Source: Elsinoe ampelina
Lineage: Eukaryota
Reading direction: 5' to 3'
Assembly: GCA_010093995.1 (NCBI GenBank)
Contig: ML992504.1
Span: 744,001-808,000, forward strand
DNA length: 64,000 bases
The notes beneath the pieces are model-generated. The model was given only the letters and a program-made list of their open reading frames with translations. It was not told the DNA's origin and ran no database searches. The position numbers were made by a program, and so were the translations under genes. Positions 1-9,948 of this stretch are shown here, piece after piece (the first letter of the stretch is position 1; every line of letters starts with the position of its first letter).

Positions 1-827
1 GCGTCTTGTCCGACTTCTCCCTCGCCGTATCCCTCTCCCCCCAAGGCCTACTCAAGACCCCCCTGGCCAACGGGGACCAGGGTATCAACCCCACCCCGGA
101 AAACTTACAATACGGAATCATCTCCCTCTCCTCCTCCCTGTATATCAAATTATGATAATTCTGCATCGAAACAAACCTACACCACCCATTCCGTTCCGCC
201 ACATGCTGCAAATGCATAAACTGCCACGTCGTCATCGAGCTCGCCCCGATATACCTCACCCACCCCTTCTCAACAACATCATTCAACGCCTTCATGATCT
301 CCTCGGCCGAACACCCATGATCCAACCTGTGAATCTGCAACACATCGATATACGTCCCCAACCTCCCCACCGACGCCTCCACCGCATCAAAGACATGCTT
401 CCGGCTCAACCCCACCCGATTCGCCATCGCCCCGTCGTTAGTCGCCACCGCCCCGATCGGCGTGCCCATGTCCTCCTCCGCGACCCCGAAGTGGCACTTG
501 CTGAGTATCACCACCCTCTCGCGCGGGATGGCGTATTCCTCCAGCGCGCACCGCACGATGCGCTCGGATTCGCCGTGCGAGTACACGTCCGCCGTGTCCC
601 ATGTGTTGATGCCCGAGTCGTAGGCGTGTTTTAGGATGGGCAGGGCGGTGGACGAGTCCAGCACCCAGGGCTGCCATTGAGGCGAGCCGAAGGACATGGC
701 GCCGAGGATGACGCGGGAGACTTTGAGGCCGGAGGAGCCGAGGCTGGGGAGGGGGGGTTAGTGGGGGAGGAGGGAAGGGGAAGGGGGGGGAAACGGACTA
801 GACGTATTGCATTTTGGGGGCGGTCAT
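1..827 (-). CDS. Aldo-keto reductase (aryl-alcohol dehydrogenase-like), 3' end truncated by the window edge
   Basis: ATG at 827, then MTAPKMQYV and intron 798-744 (GTCCGT..CTAAC..CAG). Continues YLGSSGLKVSRVILGAMSFG...GINTWDTADVYSHGESERIV...ILSK...IDVLQIHRLD...RYIGASS...SMQNYHNLIYREEEREMIP...PWSPLARG, showing the AKR D-Y-K-H tetrad. Not in the ORF track because it runs off the edge. Confidence 0.93.
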
Positions 828-1212
828 GGTGGGCGGATGTTGGTGGTGGGTTGAGAAGGGAAGGGAGGGAATGTTACACGGGTTTGATGTTGGCGGCGAT
901 GGGGGTTTATATATCGATGTTGCTCCCCGCTTTAGCCGGTCGATGAGGTGGCGGACTCCACACGCTTCTCCGCATTGTATTGGGTCAAGCGTAATTACGG
1001 TGTCATGTCCGGAAGAGCATCTGGGAGTCATGATTTTAGCAGAGATGATGGCGTGGTATCAGTACAGTGTGCACATTTTTGTATGTCTCGTTTCAGATAT
1101 GTACAGTGCCCGGGACTGCCGGACAGCAAAAGCTATAGGGTATCATCGTCAATCATGCGAGCTACAACGAGCCAATATTTGGCCACCTTTCAAGTGCTGC
1201 TACAACGGTCTC

Positions 1213-3333
1213 TCACGTCAACGCGATATGTACAACCGCTACAGCTGCCGCTAGGATGCCAGGCAACTTATCCCCGTGACCACCAGCAGCTCCAGAAGGA
1301 CTAGGAGTACTCGTCGCCGTGAACACCCCTGTCGGCGTACCAGATGTGGTCGTGCTCCGTGCACTCACTTGAGTCTGCACGTCCTCTTCTCTCGCATACC
1401 AGACGCCTTGTCGCACCACTCCTCGGCCTGCCTCGATGGCAGCCGCATCATCAGTGGTACAAGTCGAATCGATAGACCGGATCCAGCAGGTCGGAGAAGG
1501 CTGGGCTGCGAATTGGTTGTTGGTCTTGTTGGCAATGGCAGGACCCTGGGTAGAGTAGTTCGACAGGTTGACCAGGTTTCCAGTAGATATATCTGTGCCG
1601 GCAATGATACGACTGAAGATGGTAAAAGCTGTATCTGGTTGTGAGTATGGTGCAAAATGGGCTGCATCGTAGATTCGCGAGAAAGACAAGTTCCCAAATT
1701 GTCGGACAGCACCACCGATGTATGTGCTGTTCACAACAATGTCGGCGTAGCCACTTGCGGCAAAGGCTGATGCGTAGCTACCAGCTTGGCCGGAAGGCTC
1801 CGGTCGTACGGGCGGTGTTGGCACCGAGATGGCACTTGAAGCAGTCGGATTCGTGCCAGAATTGAAGGCCTCACCGATTAGGCTGGCAAGAGCAAGCGAT
1901 ATGGCTTCGCCTCCAAGCCAGTTGCAGATCCAGTCGGCATCACCATACATGAGTGCCACCCTCACACCTTTGCGCAACAATATGACTAGATCAGCAAGCG
2001 GATCTATCCTGATGGTATCGCCAGTTGCTAGAAAGGCACTCTGTACACGAACATTTGACTCTGTGTAGTTGATACGTGCACCAATAGATTGCTGTACGGT
2101 CGCGTTGTTGAGGTACTCCTGGTAAACTGCATCTGGTTCCGGCGAAGGATCTCTGACCCGTATATCATACACGTTGATACCGGATTGGAGGAAGGCGGCT
2201 GAGGAAGCATTGTAGCAGGCGAATTGAGCTTGATTACACTCTTGGTTCACTGTGTTCTCATCGCCTTCATTGTCAGGATCTTGACTGCTTGCAGCTTGCC
2301 GACATCTGTTGATAACAGGAACACAGGTGTCTTGGTAAGCACGAAGACCATTGATCTGCTCAAGCTGGGAAATCGCCTGTAACCCATAAGAATTATTGTA
2401 AGCGAATTGAATGCTGTAGTAGTTCTGAATCAGGTCCTCGATGATGCCGTTCACGATTCCAAGTGTCTCGACCCGGATCTCGATAGTATTGTTGGCTGTG
2501 ACATCCCCTCTCTGGATCCGGTCTGTCTGCTCGTCGAAATAGTTGGCAAAGGTGGGACCGTACTTGCCGCCATACGATTCGGCAAACAGATGCACACCTG
2601 CAGCCTTCTGCGCTTCCGTCGCCGACGATCTGCCAGGGTTGTACTGCGGAAACGAAGACAGCCACGCTTGGAGAAAATGCCAGGTCGCGCTAGCAGCAAT
2701 CTCAGTCGTGTTAGCGGTAGCGTCAGGGTCGCCAGATCCGAAGGTGCCGTTCAAGAATGTGTAGGCTGGTTGTCCTGGCGGTGCAGACGTTGGTGGGTAT
2801 ATCACCTGACCTCCATTCAGAAGATCTTTCGAGCCATTTCGCAAAGAGTCGTACGAGAAGCCTACTTGGGCGGGCTGATCGATGAAGAGCATGTTCGAGC
2901 TTCTGTCCCATCCCCAATTTCTTGCTTGTGTCCCATATGTGCCGTCGGGTAATGAAACTACCTCGCATGGGCCCACCTCTTCCCAGAACCCAAACATGCT
3001 GCTCGATCCCGGTCCTCCATTGAGCCATATCGTGAGAGGGGCGCTGTCAGACTGCTCTCGTGCTTCGACGAACCAGAAGAAAGTGTTGATGCTGTAGTTC
3101 TGTTGTATTGGAGCGAGTGAGAAGGGAGGAAGTGTTACGTAACCAGTATATTGTCTTTGCGTAGGGAAAACTGTGTTGCATGTCCCTGGATCGGGCGACT
3201 TGTAGGAGATGGTGATGTTGGGGTTGATAGGTGAGCTCAGTGTACTCGAGTATTGTGGTTCCCGAACGAATTGCGCGGCAGTGTAGCTGGTCAGCCAAAG
3301 CCATACTGTGAGGGATCCGCGCATGTTGGACAT
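1213..3333 (-). CDS. Secreted serine carboxypeptidase (S10 family), probably GPI-anchored
   Basis: Single 706-aa ORF with a signal peptide, WLNGGPGSSS, DQPAQVGFSY, catalytic ESYGG, GDADWICN and AAHFAP. S/T-rich stalk followed by a hydrophobic C-terminal tail. Confidence 0.93.
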   Translation of the reverse strand: MSNMRGSLTVWLWLTSYTAAQFVREPQYSSTLSSPINPNITISYKSPDPGTCNTVFPTQRQYTGYVTLPPFSLAPIQQNYSINTFFWFVEAREQSDSAPLTIWLNGGPGSSSMFGFWEEVGPCEVVSLPDGTYGTQARNWGWDRSSNMLFIDQPAQVGFSYDSLRNGSKDLLNGGQVIYPPTSAPPGQPAYTFLNGTFGSGDPDATANTTEIAASATWHFLQAWLSSFPQYNPGRSSATEAQKAAGVHLFAESYGGKYGPTFANYFDEQTDRIQRGDVTANNTIEIRVETLGIVNGIIEDLIQNYYSIQFAYNNSYGLQAISQLEQINGLRAYQDTCVPVINRCRQAASSQDPDNEGDENTVNQECNQAQFACYNASSAAFLQSGINVYDIRVRDPSPEPDAVYQEYLNNATVQQSIGARINYTESNVRVQSAFLATGDTIRIDPLADLVILLRKGVRVALMYGDADWICNWLGGEAISLALASLIGEAFNSGTNPTASSAISVPTPPVRPEPSGQAGSYASAFAASGYADIVVNSTYIGGAVRQFGNLSFSRIYDAAHFAPYSQPDTAFTIFSRIIAGTDISTGNLVNLSNYSTQGPAIANKTNNQFAAQPSPTCWIRSIDSTCTTDDAAAIEAGRGVVRQGVWYAREEDVQTQVSARSTTTSGTPTGVFTATSTPSPSGAAGGHGDKLPGILAAAVAVVHIALT

Positions 3334-3910
3334 GGGAGAATGATGAAGCTCAACCGAGCGTGAGGGGATGCGCTGAGTAGCTGAGGTGGATCTTGGTTGC
3401 GTGGTCCTCTCTGGGCGCTACTCTGCACTCGGCGATATCACCGTCGTCTTGTCAAAGCCCATGGTCGTCAAGATTTATGTAGCCATAGTCGCTGTTGCTT
3501 GCTGCGACCAACTTGCTGGCAAACAAGTCTGAAACTCGATCTGTGACGGAGTGGTTGTCGAATACGAAGCTGAGGTGAATTTGTTTGCTTTGCCCTGCCG
3601 ACGTCGTCACGCAAACCCCACACTTTTCAACGCCGTTTTAACAACGGGTAGGGCACTTTTTGCCGGGAACAGGGCCACGCAGCCCAGGCGGGCGGTGAGT
3701 CTCGGCCAAACCTTTGCAATTATGAGAGGTGATGTGCTACTCTTCGTCCTTCCACTAACTTAATCTTGCTGAATCTGACATTGCTAAACGAGATCCGGCG
3801 TCTCGATACTGGTTGTCCCAGTGCCGTGAACATCAAGACCGCGACCCAAGACTGGAACACAAGTACCTCGTCTTCAAGCCTCTGCACTTCATCTGAATCT
3901 CCTCACTCCC

Positions 3911-4615
3911 CTAAACACTCTCCCTCTCCCTCTCCATCTCCACCTCCTTCCTCGCCCTCCTCCCCTCCCTCCCCCTCCTCCTCCTCCCCCTCCTAACCAC
4001 AGCAACCAACGCACTCCCCACAACCCAAAGCAACACCACCAGCGTCGCCACCTGCAGCGCAACCGTAGCCCACTGCAACCGCCCCAACCTCTTCAACACC
4101 TCCCGCGCATCGCCACGCAAGTACCCCAACCCCTCCATCCTCCCAAACCTACCCCACAAAACCCCGTCGTGATCCATGCGTCTGACCTGCAAAGCCTCGA
4201 CGGGAACACCCGCAGTCTCGCCCTCTCCCTCTCCCTTGAGCGGGGGCGGGGGCGCCACCCCTCCCGTGCCGTCGTACAACATGACCAGTTTACACACCCG
4301 CGGGCCGTCCCAGCAGTACCTTGGCGGGGTGAACAAGCAAGGGCAATCGACCTTGGCTGGCCGCTTTGTGTCTCCTCCGGGATGGCCAGGTTCATCGCGC
4401 GGCTCGATGGGAGGGGGAGGGATCTCGCTGGCCGCCATGATGGATCGTGCCATGATTTCGCGCAAGCCAGGGGAGGTGGTGTAGCATTTCTCCCAGGCCT
4501 TCTTGCAGGCGGCCGAGTTGGGGTCGGTGAGGCAGGGTTGGCAGGGGTCTGGGACTGGGGGCTTGGTGGTGACGTGGAGGGTGTGGTCGTTGGGGGTGGA
4601 GGTGGGGATCGGCAT
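3911..4615 (-). CDS. Hypothetical Pro/Cys-rich protein with a C-terminal transmembrane helix
   Basis: 234-aa ATG ORF with two Cys clusters (CQPC..C..C and CPC..C..C) and a hydrophobic stretch WATVALQVATLVVLLWVVGSALVAVV followed by an Arg-rich tail. No recognisable family; start uncertain. Confidence 0.35.
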   Translation of the reverse strand: MPIPTSTPNDHTLHVTTKPPVPDPCQPCLTDPNSAACKKAWEKCYTTSPGLREIMARSIMAASEIPPPPIEPRDEPGHPGGDTKRPAKVDCPCLFTPPRYCWDGPRVCKLVMLYDGTGGVAPPPPLKGEGEGETAGVPVEALQVRRMDHDGVLWGRFGRMEGLGYLRGDAREVLKRLGRLQWATVALQVATLVVLLWVVGSALVAVVRRGRRRRGREGRRARKEVEMERERESV

Positions 4616-5707
4616 CGTGTCCTGTAGTTCTGGATGGGGCCGAGGGGAGGAGATGGCTGAGCGTTGGGATGTGAGGGAGTGAAAGGGGCTGGTGAGGGAA
4701 AGCAGGAGAAAGGGAAGTGGGAGGGGAGGGAGGGGATTATGGAAAGAGGCAGGGACATGGGGAGGTGGTGGGGAGGAAGATTCGTTGTAAGGTATTGGGG
4801 CAGACTAGAGGTGCTGTAGTGGGAGCAGTGTCGGAGCTATCGAAGCTTTGGACAGGATTGATGACAACAGCAGAGGTAGGTCGAGGGAAGTGTGGAGAGG
4901 TGAGTTCGGTAGTCCTCAATGTAAGACTGTGTGGAGCCGTGAGAGCAGAGGTAATAGGGCGAGCTGAATGAAAGATATGACAGAGCTGTAGCAAGGTGTA
5001 AACCAGCAGTCAAGCATACGCAAGTAGTCGACAGAAGAAAAGAGCACACCATCCCTCATATGCACACAATGTGCTCAGATCACCACATCTGCACACTCGA
5101 GAATCACCCCACCGACATGGACACCAAATGGATCAAACGTCTTCATTCATCCAATAGCACACCCGTGCTCCAGAGGCCTACAGAGTCTCATTTTCCTTCC
5201 CTGTTCTGTCCCACCGACCCTGTCCAATTCCCTCGGACCTTCCAACAAGGTCAATCCCTAAGTTTCTCATGAAAAAATGAATATCAAGAAAAAGAAATCT
5301 CACAGGCAAAAGCCTGGTCAGATCAAGCGCTACGCTGGCTCGTATGACATGCGCTCATTCTCGCTCATTCATCGTTCGTCAGCCGCCTTTTACCGGGAAG
5401 CGACGTAACGCAGCCGTGAAAATTGCGGTCAGGTTAATCGTAAAAAGTAAGGTCGTAAATTGTAATTGGTTCGTTGTCGAAGCGAAAGATGATGCGGCAG
5501 GTTGTATGGTTGGTCATTCAGTCTTGGTCGAATAAACGTTGATGTGCGGAGCGTATTGATAGTGCTGCATGATGTCGTGAAGGAATCAAATGCTGGTCGT
5601 GGATTTCGTGGATGATGCGGGTCCGATGCAAATTGCGAGGCCGTGAAATTGAGTTGAGTGTATGTTGCTTTTGTGTAATCCTGTAGATGGTTGAGTGGGG
5701 AGCGGGC

Positions 5708-8260
5708 TTAGTTGGCGCGGATAACGAGCTTGGAGAGGAATTTGTTGGACAAGCTGTCAAAGTCGTCACGGGTGAACTTGGTGTCGGGGCGCTTGCGGAG
5801 GTACTCCTCTGGTATAAGGTTAGTGTCATACAAGCCAAAGTGAGAGCGTTGTAGCTTACCATGCTCCTCTACGTGCGACCGCACCTCGGTCAAGGCGTCG
5901 CAGATAGGCTGGTCATTGTTGAGGGCTGCAGAGTGCTTTTTGCTGTCCCACTCCATAAAGCTGGGGAGCTTCTGGCTGATGGCCTGGAAGAGACCGACAA
6001 TGACACCGACGGGAGTGCTCTCCATGTCGCTGCAGAACTTCTCGACCTTCTTCTCATCGGGCTCCCTGTAGTGACAGTCGAACTGCATCAGCTCCCAGAC
6101 AGCAAGCAGGATAGACGCCACCATGAAGATGGTGGGCCAGTGACGAAGCTTGTCGCCTTGGTAGACCGACGAGTAGAGACTTGAGAGCTCCTCGAGAACA
6201 TCCTTCTGCAGCTCGCGCCACATCTTGGCGAGAGCACACTTGACCTCAAAGTTGATCATGACTGGAGCAATGGTCTTGCCAGAGAAGCGGGAGCTGTCAT
6301 CGTCGATGCGACCCATAGCTTGTTCCTCCTCGGTCATGCCGACTACCATTGTGATGTGGAGAGTGAGAGTGTAGGCGAGGATGAGCTTGAGAGCCTTGCG
6401 AATGACGGGTGTCTGAGTGCGGGTGTAGTACTTGTACGCAGTGTGCAGGATCTGGGTCAGGAATGGTGTGCCCTCAAAGTACTGGTCCACGAATTGGTCG
6501 AAGCCGTTGTCGAGATGCATGTCGATGTACTCGGACAGCTTGGCAGCAGAAACACCGGCAATGCCAGTTGAGAGCTTGGACGTGCTCGCCTCGTACTGAG
6601 TCATGTTGGCAGTCTCAATCCAGTCAACCTCGAAGCAGTTCTCATCGACAACGTATACCTCACGAGCAGCGATGGGGAGGTAGTAGCCGAAGCCGTGGGT
6701 GATGTAGAGTGTCCGCTCTGCTTGTGAGAAGCCCTTGACGTTGTTGACGGAGAAGCCGAGCGTGACGTGACGCTTGTAGTCGTACTCCCAGTCGTTGATG
6801 AAGAAGCCAATGTCCTTGATGTCGATACGAGTGCATGGGACCTGCCAGAGACGAGCATGGGAAGGACGGCAGCCGGCGCATGGATCGCCCTTGTCGCAAG
6901 TCTTCTTCAAGAATTTGCAACGCAAGCAAGCACGAAGCTTTCGAATCTCGTGAGCTTGTTGCCTCTGATCAGGACGAAGCGGACCACGACGGCGACCAAC
7001 GCGCTTCTCGGAGCCACCAGCAGCGGACTTGCGGACGTTTGGCTCGGCCTTTTTAATGGCAGACTTTGTTGTCTTTGCGATGGCAGATGATCCAGTCGGA
7101 CTACGACGACGCCTCATGGGCGGTGATGTACCGGTAGGCGAGGTAGATGCAGATGACGAGGAGAGCGGTCGAGAGCGGACATTGGCGACTGGCTTGACAT
7201 TGACCGAAGATGGGCTGACAGCAGGCGAGGTCTCATCAGGTGATTGAACAGCAGAGCAGTCGTGATCACAGTACCCATGTTGGTGGTGGTCAGTCATGAG
7301 ACGAGGAATGCCATAGCCACGTATCGAGTCAAAAGTGTTGTGCTCTGAGATGGGGGAGTGCATTGGGAACGGCATGTCCTCATAGCTGCCAGACAGTTGA
7401 TCGGCCTGAGATCCATCTGATGACGAATTGCTGTCGGCGCGGATGTGCAGGGTCTCGCCAGGGTTAAAGACGGCATGGGTGGTAGCGGCAGCTTGATCGC
7501 CGAAATTGTGCTGTGCATAATTGATCGCGTTCCAGCCATTGTCACTACTCGATAACGAGCAGACCTCGAATGTGGAGCTAGAGGGAGATCCGCCAGGGAT
7601 GATCGGGTTTGCCATACTGGTTACGGCCTGGGTCTGTGCGCTGAGCAAGCCACCCATGGTGGACATTGGAAACGACATGAGTCCTGTGCTGTAGTCATTG
7701 AGGGGATAGGCGAGGGCGCCCATCGACTCCATGGGACCTGCCATGGTCAAGTACTGGCCCATTGGATTAGTAGCAGTCGAGACTTGAAGTGGAAGCTGCA
7801 TCGCCCGTGTCGCCAACGGTACGCCACCGACGGGCGACGAGTTGAACGGTCCGACAAATGAGCAATCGTCATAGCTGCTATCCGAGAAGGCATCGTGCGA
7901 GTAGTTGTTTTGCGAGTGGGGTCGATACTGAAACTGCCATAGACTCGAGGGGTCGTTCATGTTCTGTGCCAAACCTAGCCCTACCCCGGTCGTCTGTTGT
8001 AACGTGATGGGGGATGTGGTCGGGGTGTTGTGTCGTCGTGGGATGGCGGCGGAATATGCCTGCTGCGCGGACGTTTGATGTCCGGAAGCATCGACAGCTC
8101 TGTGCATCTCTTCCTCCTCGTCGAGCACGTCGGCGGTCATGGGCCAGCCCGGTTGGAGATATGCTGGCATCGAGGACATGCCGTGAACCCTGTTGTCCAT
8201 GGTGTAGTCGGCGTTCATGGAGAAGAGGCCGTCCTGGGCTGAAAAGTCAAGGTTGTCCAT
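5708..8260 (-). CDS. Zn(II)2Cys6 (C6 zinc cluster) transcription factor with a central DNA-binding domain
   Basis: KRVGRRRGPLR...RACLRCKFLKKTCDKGDPCAGCRPSHARLWQVPC. Long S/P/Q-rich N-terminus and helical C-terminal domain. Intron 5859-5809 (GTAAGC..CTAAC..CAG). First in-frame ATG is 8260, but the frame stays open further upstream, so the start is uncertain. Confidence 0.9.
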   Translation of the reverse strand: MDNLDFSAQDGLFSMNADYTMDNRVHGMSSMPAYLQPGWPMTADVLDEEEEMHRAVDASGHQTSAQQAYSAAIPRRHNTPTTSPITLQQTTGVGLGLAQNMNDPSSLWQFQYRPHSQNNYSHDAFSDSSYDDCSFVGPFNSSPVGGVPLATRAMQLPLQVSTATNPMGQYLTMAGPMESMGALAYPLNDYSTGLMSFPMSTMGGLLSAQTQAVTSMANPIIPGGSPSSSTFEVCSLSSSDNGWNAINYAQHNFGDQAAATTHAVFNPGETLHIRADSNSSSDGSQADQLSGSYEDMPFPMHSPISEHNTFDSIRGYGIPRLMTDHHQHGYCDHDCSAVQSPDETSPAVSPSSVNVKPVANVRSRPLSSSSASTSPTGTSPPMRRRRSPTGSSAIAKTTKSAIKKAEPNVRKSAAGGSEKRVGRRRGPLRPDQRQQAHEIRKLRACLRCKFLKKTCDKGDPCAGCRPSHARLWQVPCTRIDIKDIGFFINDWEYDYKRHVTLGFSVNNVKGFSQAERTLYITHGFGYYLPIAAREVYVVDENCFEVDWIETANMTQYEASTSKLSTGIAGVSAAKLSEYIDMHLDNGFDQFVDQYFEGTPFLTQILHTAYKYYTRTQTPVIRKALKLILAYTLTLHITMVVGMTEEEQAMGRIDDDSSRFSGKTIAPVMINFEVKCALAKMWRELQKDVLEELSSLYSSVYQGDKLRHWPTIFMVASILLAVWELMQFDCHYREPDEKKVEKFCSDMESTPVGVIVGLFQAISQKLPSFMEWDSKKHSAALNNDQPICDALTEVRSHVEEHGKLQRSHFGLYDTNLIPEEYLRKRPDTKFTRDDFDSLSNKFLSKLVIRAN

Positions 8261-9948
8261 GGCGAGTGTTTGTGACCAGTCAGAAGCGGCGTCGTCGGTG
8301 TCGTAGAGGGCCTTGGGTCGCGGAAGAGGATCAGGTGGTCGTGAGAATCGTGATAGCGTTAGGATATTCGTGGAAGATGCCAACCTCTCGGGGATGGCGA
8401 AGACGAGCAAAAGGCGACTCTTCACCGCGACTTTGTGGGCCGACGGCTACGTGAAGAGGAAGAGGACGGCGGCCAAAGAGCGCAGAGAGCGCTCTCGACA
8501 CAGAGGACGGCGCCAACGAAAGAGCGGTCAGAGAGATGCGTCGAGTGGGCGTCCATATGCACCTCATGATCCGAAAGTTGTCTAGCGTCATGCAAGCCGC
8601 AAGTCTCTGTGGATCCCCAGCCATCCAGCCAGCGAACAAGCGAGTCAGGTGAGGGCCGTCGACCATGGGCAGATCAAGAGTATAAAGTGCGATGCTTGTC
8701 ATACGACGATATTGATGATCTTCCGGCACTTGTTGAAGCCATTGCAGACACATCACCAGTGAGACCAGCACATGTCGGTTTCATTCATCGTGAGATGTCT
8801 GGATGGCAGATCTAGGACAGCAGCGGGAACAGGCGACAAACTGAGAAAGCCACGACGCTTCCGAGCCCCAAGCTTCGAGCTGCAGCCCTCTTGGAGCTTT
8901 TCCCGTCGAGCTCGCCCGCTCGCTCTCGCTGGCGCCGGCAAAATTCAAGAAGGCAAAGTGGGGTGTTTTCTCCGGCTTGCGGCAGAGCCGTGAGCGTTTC
9001 GTTTCACGAACGGTGATTTCTTGTCGCTGGCTGCACTCCGGCTCGCTCCATCGCCCCGTGCGCGGTGCACACACACGAAATCTGGACCCTTTCGACCACG
9101 CTCGACATCACGCTCCCCCACGCTTTCGACGTAACATTATCCCGGGCACCATCCCACCTTTACAACTCTACAACTTCGCTCTGGAGTCTGGCGTCTGCAT
9201 GGGCGGGTAGCTTCGATAGGTCGAATCCTCCTCCCAGCATAACTTGCGAGGCATTAGTATGTCTCTTCCGACTCTCGCCGGTCATCTGAAGCACTCGCGC
9301 ATCACTCGCATACCTCGCGATTCCCTTACCCTTGTCGCAATATGCCTTGCATGCATGATACAGTACATATTGCTTTTGCTCGCCCCTCCTTCCCGCGCCC
9401 GCCCTCTTCGTTTCTGGCGTGTGCACCGCTCGAGCGTCCTGTCACACGACGTCCATGCTTGTGTCATGACATGCAAGGGACGGGTTTGTCTCGCCGAGGA
9501 ATGCGTGTGGCATCCACGGGGTACGCACGTTTGGTGTAGGGATCGGAAGGAGTACTGGTTTTTGCAGGTGCCACTTTTTGGTCTGCTGGTCTGGAGATGT
9601 CTCCGCATGTGTGATAGTTGCAATCTATCTGTATTTCCGGACTGTGCGTGATGGCCAGAGCAGCCTCGACGTCGCAGATTTACCAGCTGTATCGCCGTCT
9701 GCACGACATGCGTTGACTGCGCTATTGCTTGCATAAGCCTTCCACTGTAATCCTTCGGTCATTTGGGGCAGACCCACTGGCTTGAACCAAGGGTAGGCGC
9801 GGTCGTACTTCTTTATTCGTAGTTGTAGGTCTCGCCAGACCACCCATGCCCAGTGGATGCGGTATGCCCTGCACTGCCCTGATCCAGACCTGGTTCCCGG
9901 TTCATGACCCCTCACGCCATGTCGATACGATCCTTCCAGTGGCGCCTA

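Noticed and set aside
152..634. 160-aa + strand ORF
   Set aside because: Antisense shadow of the aldo-keto reductase on the - strand.
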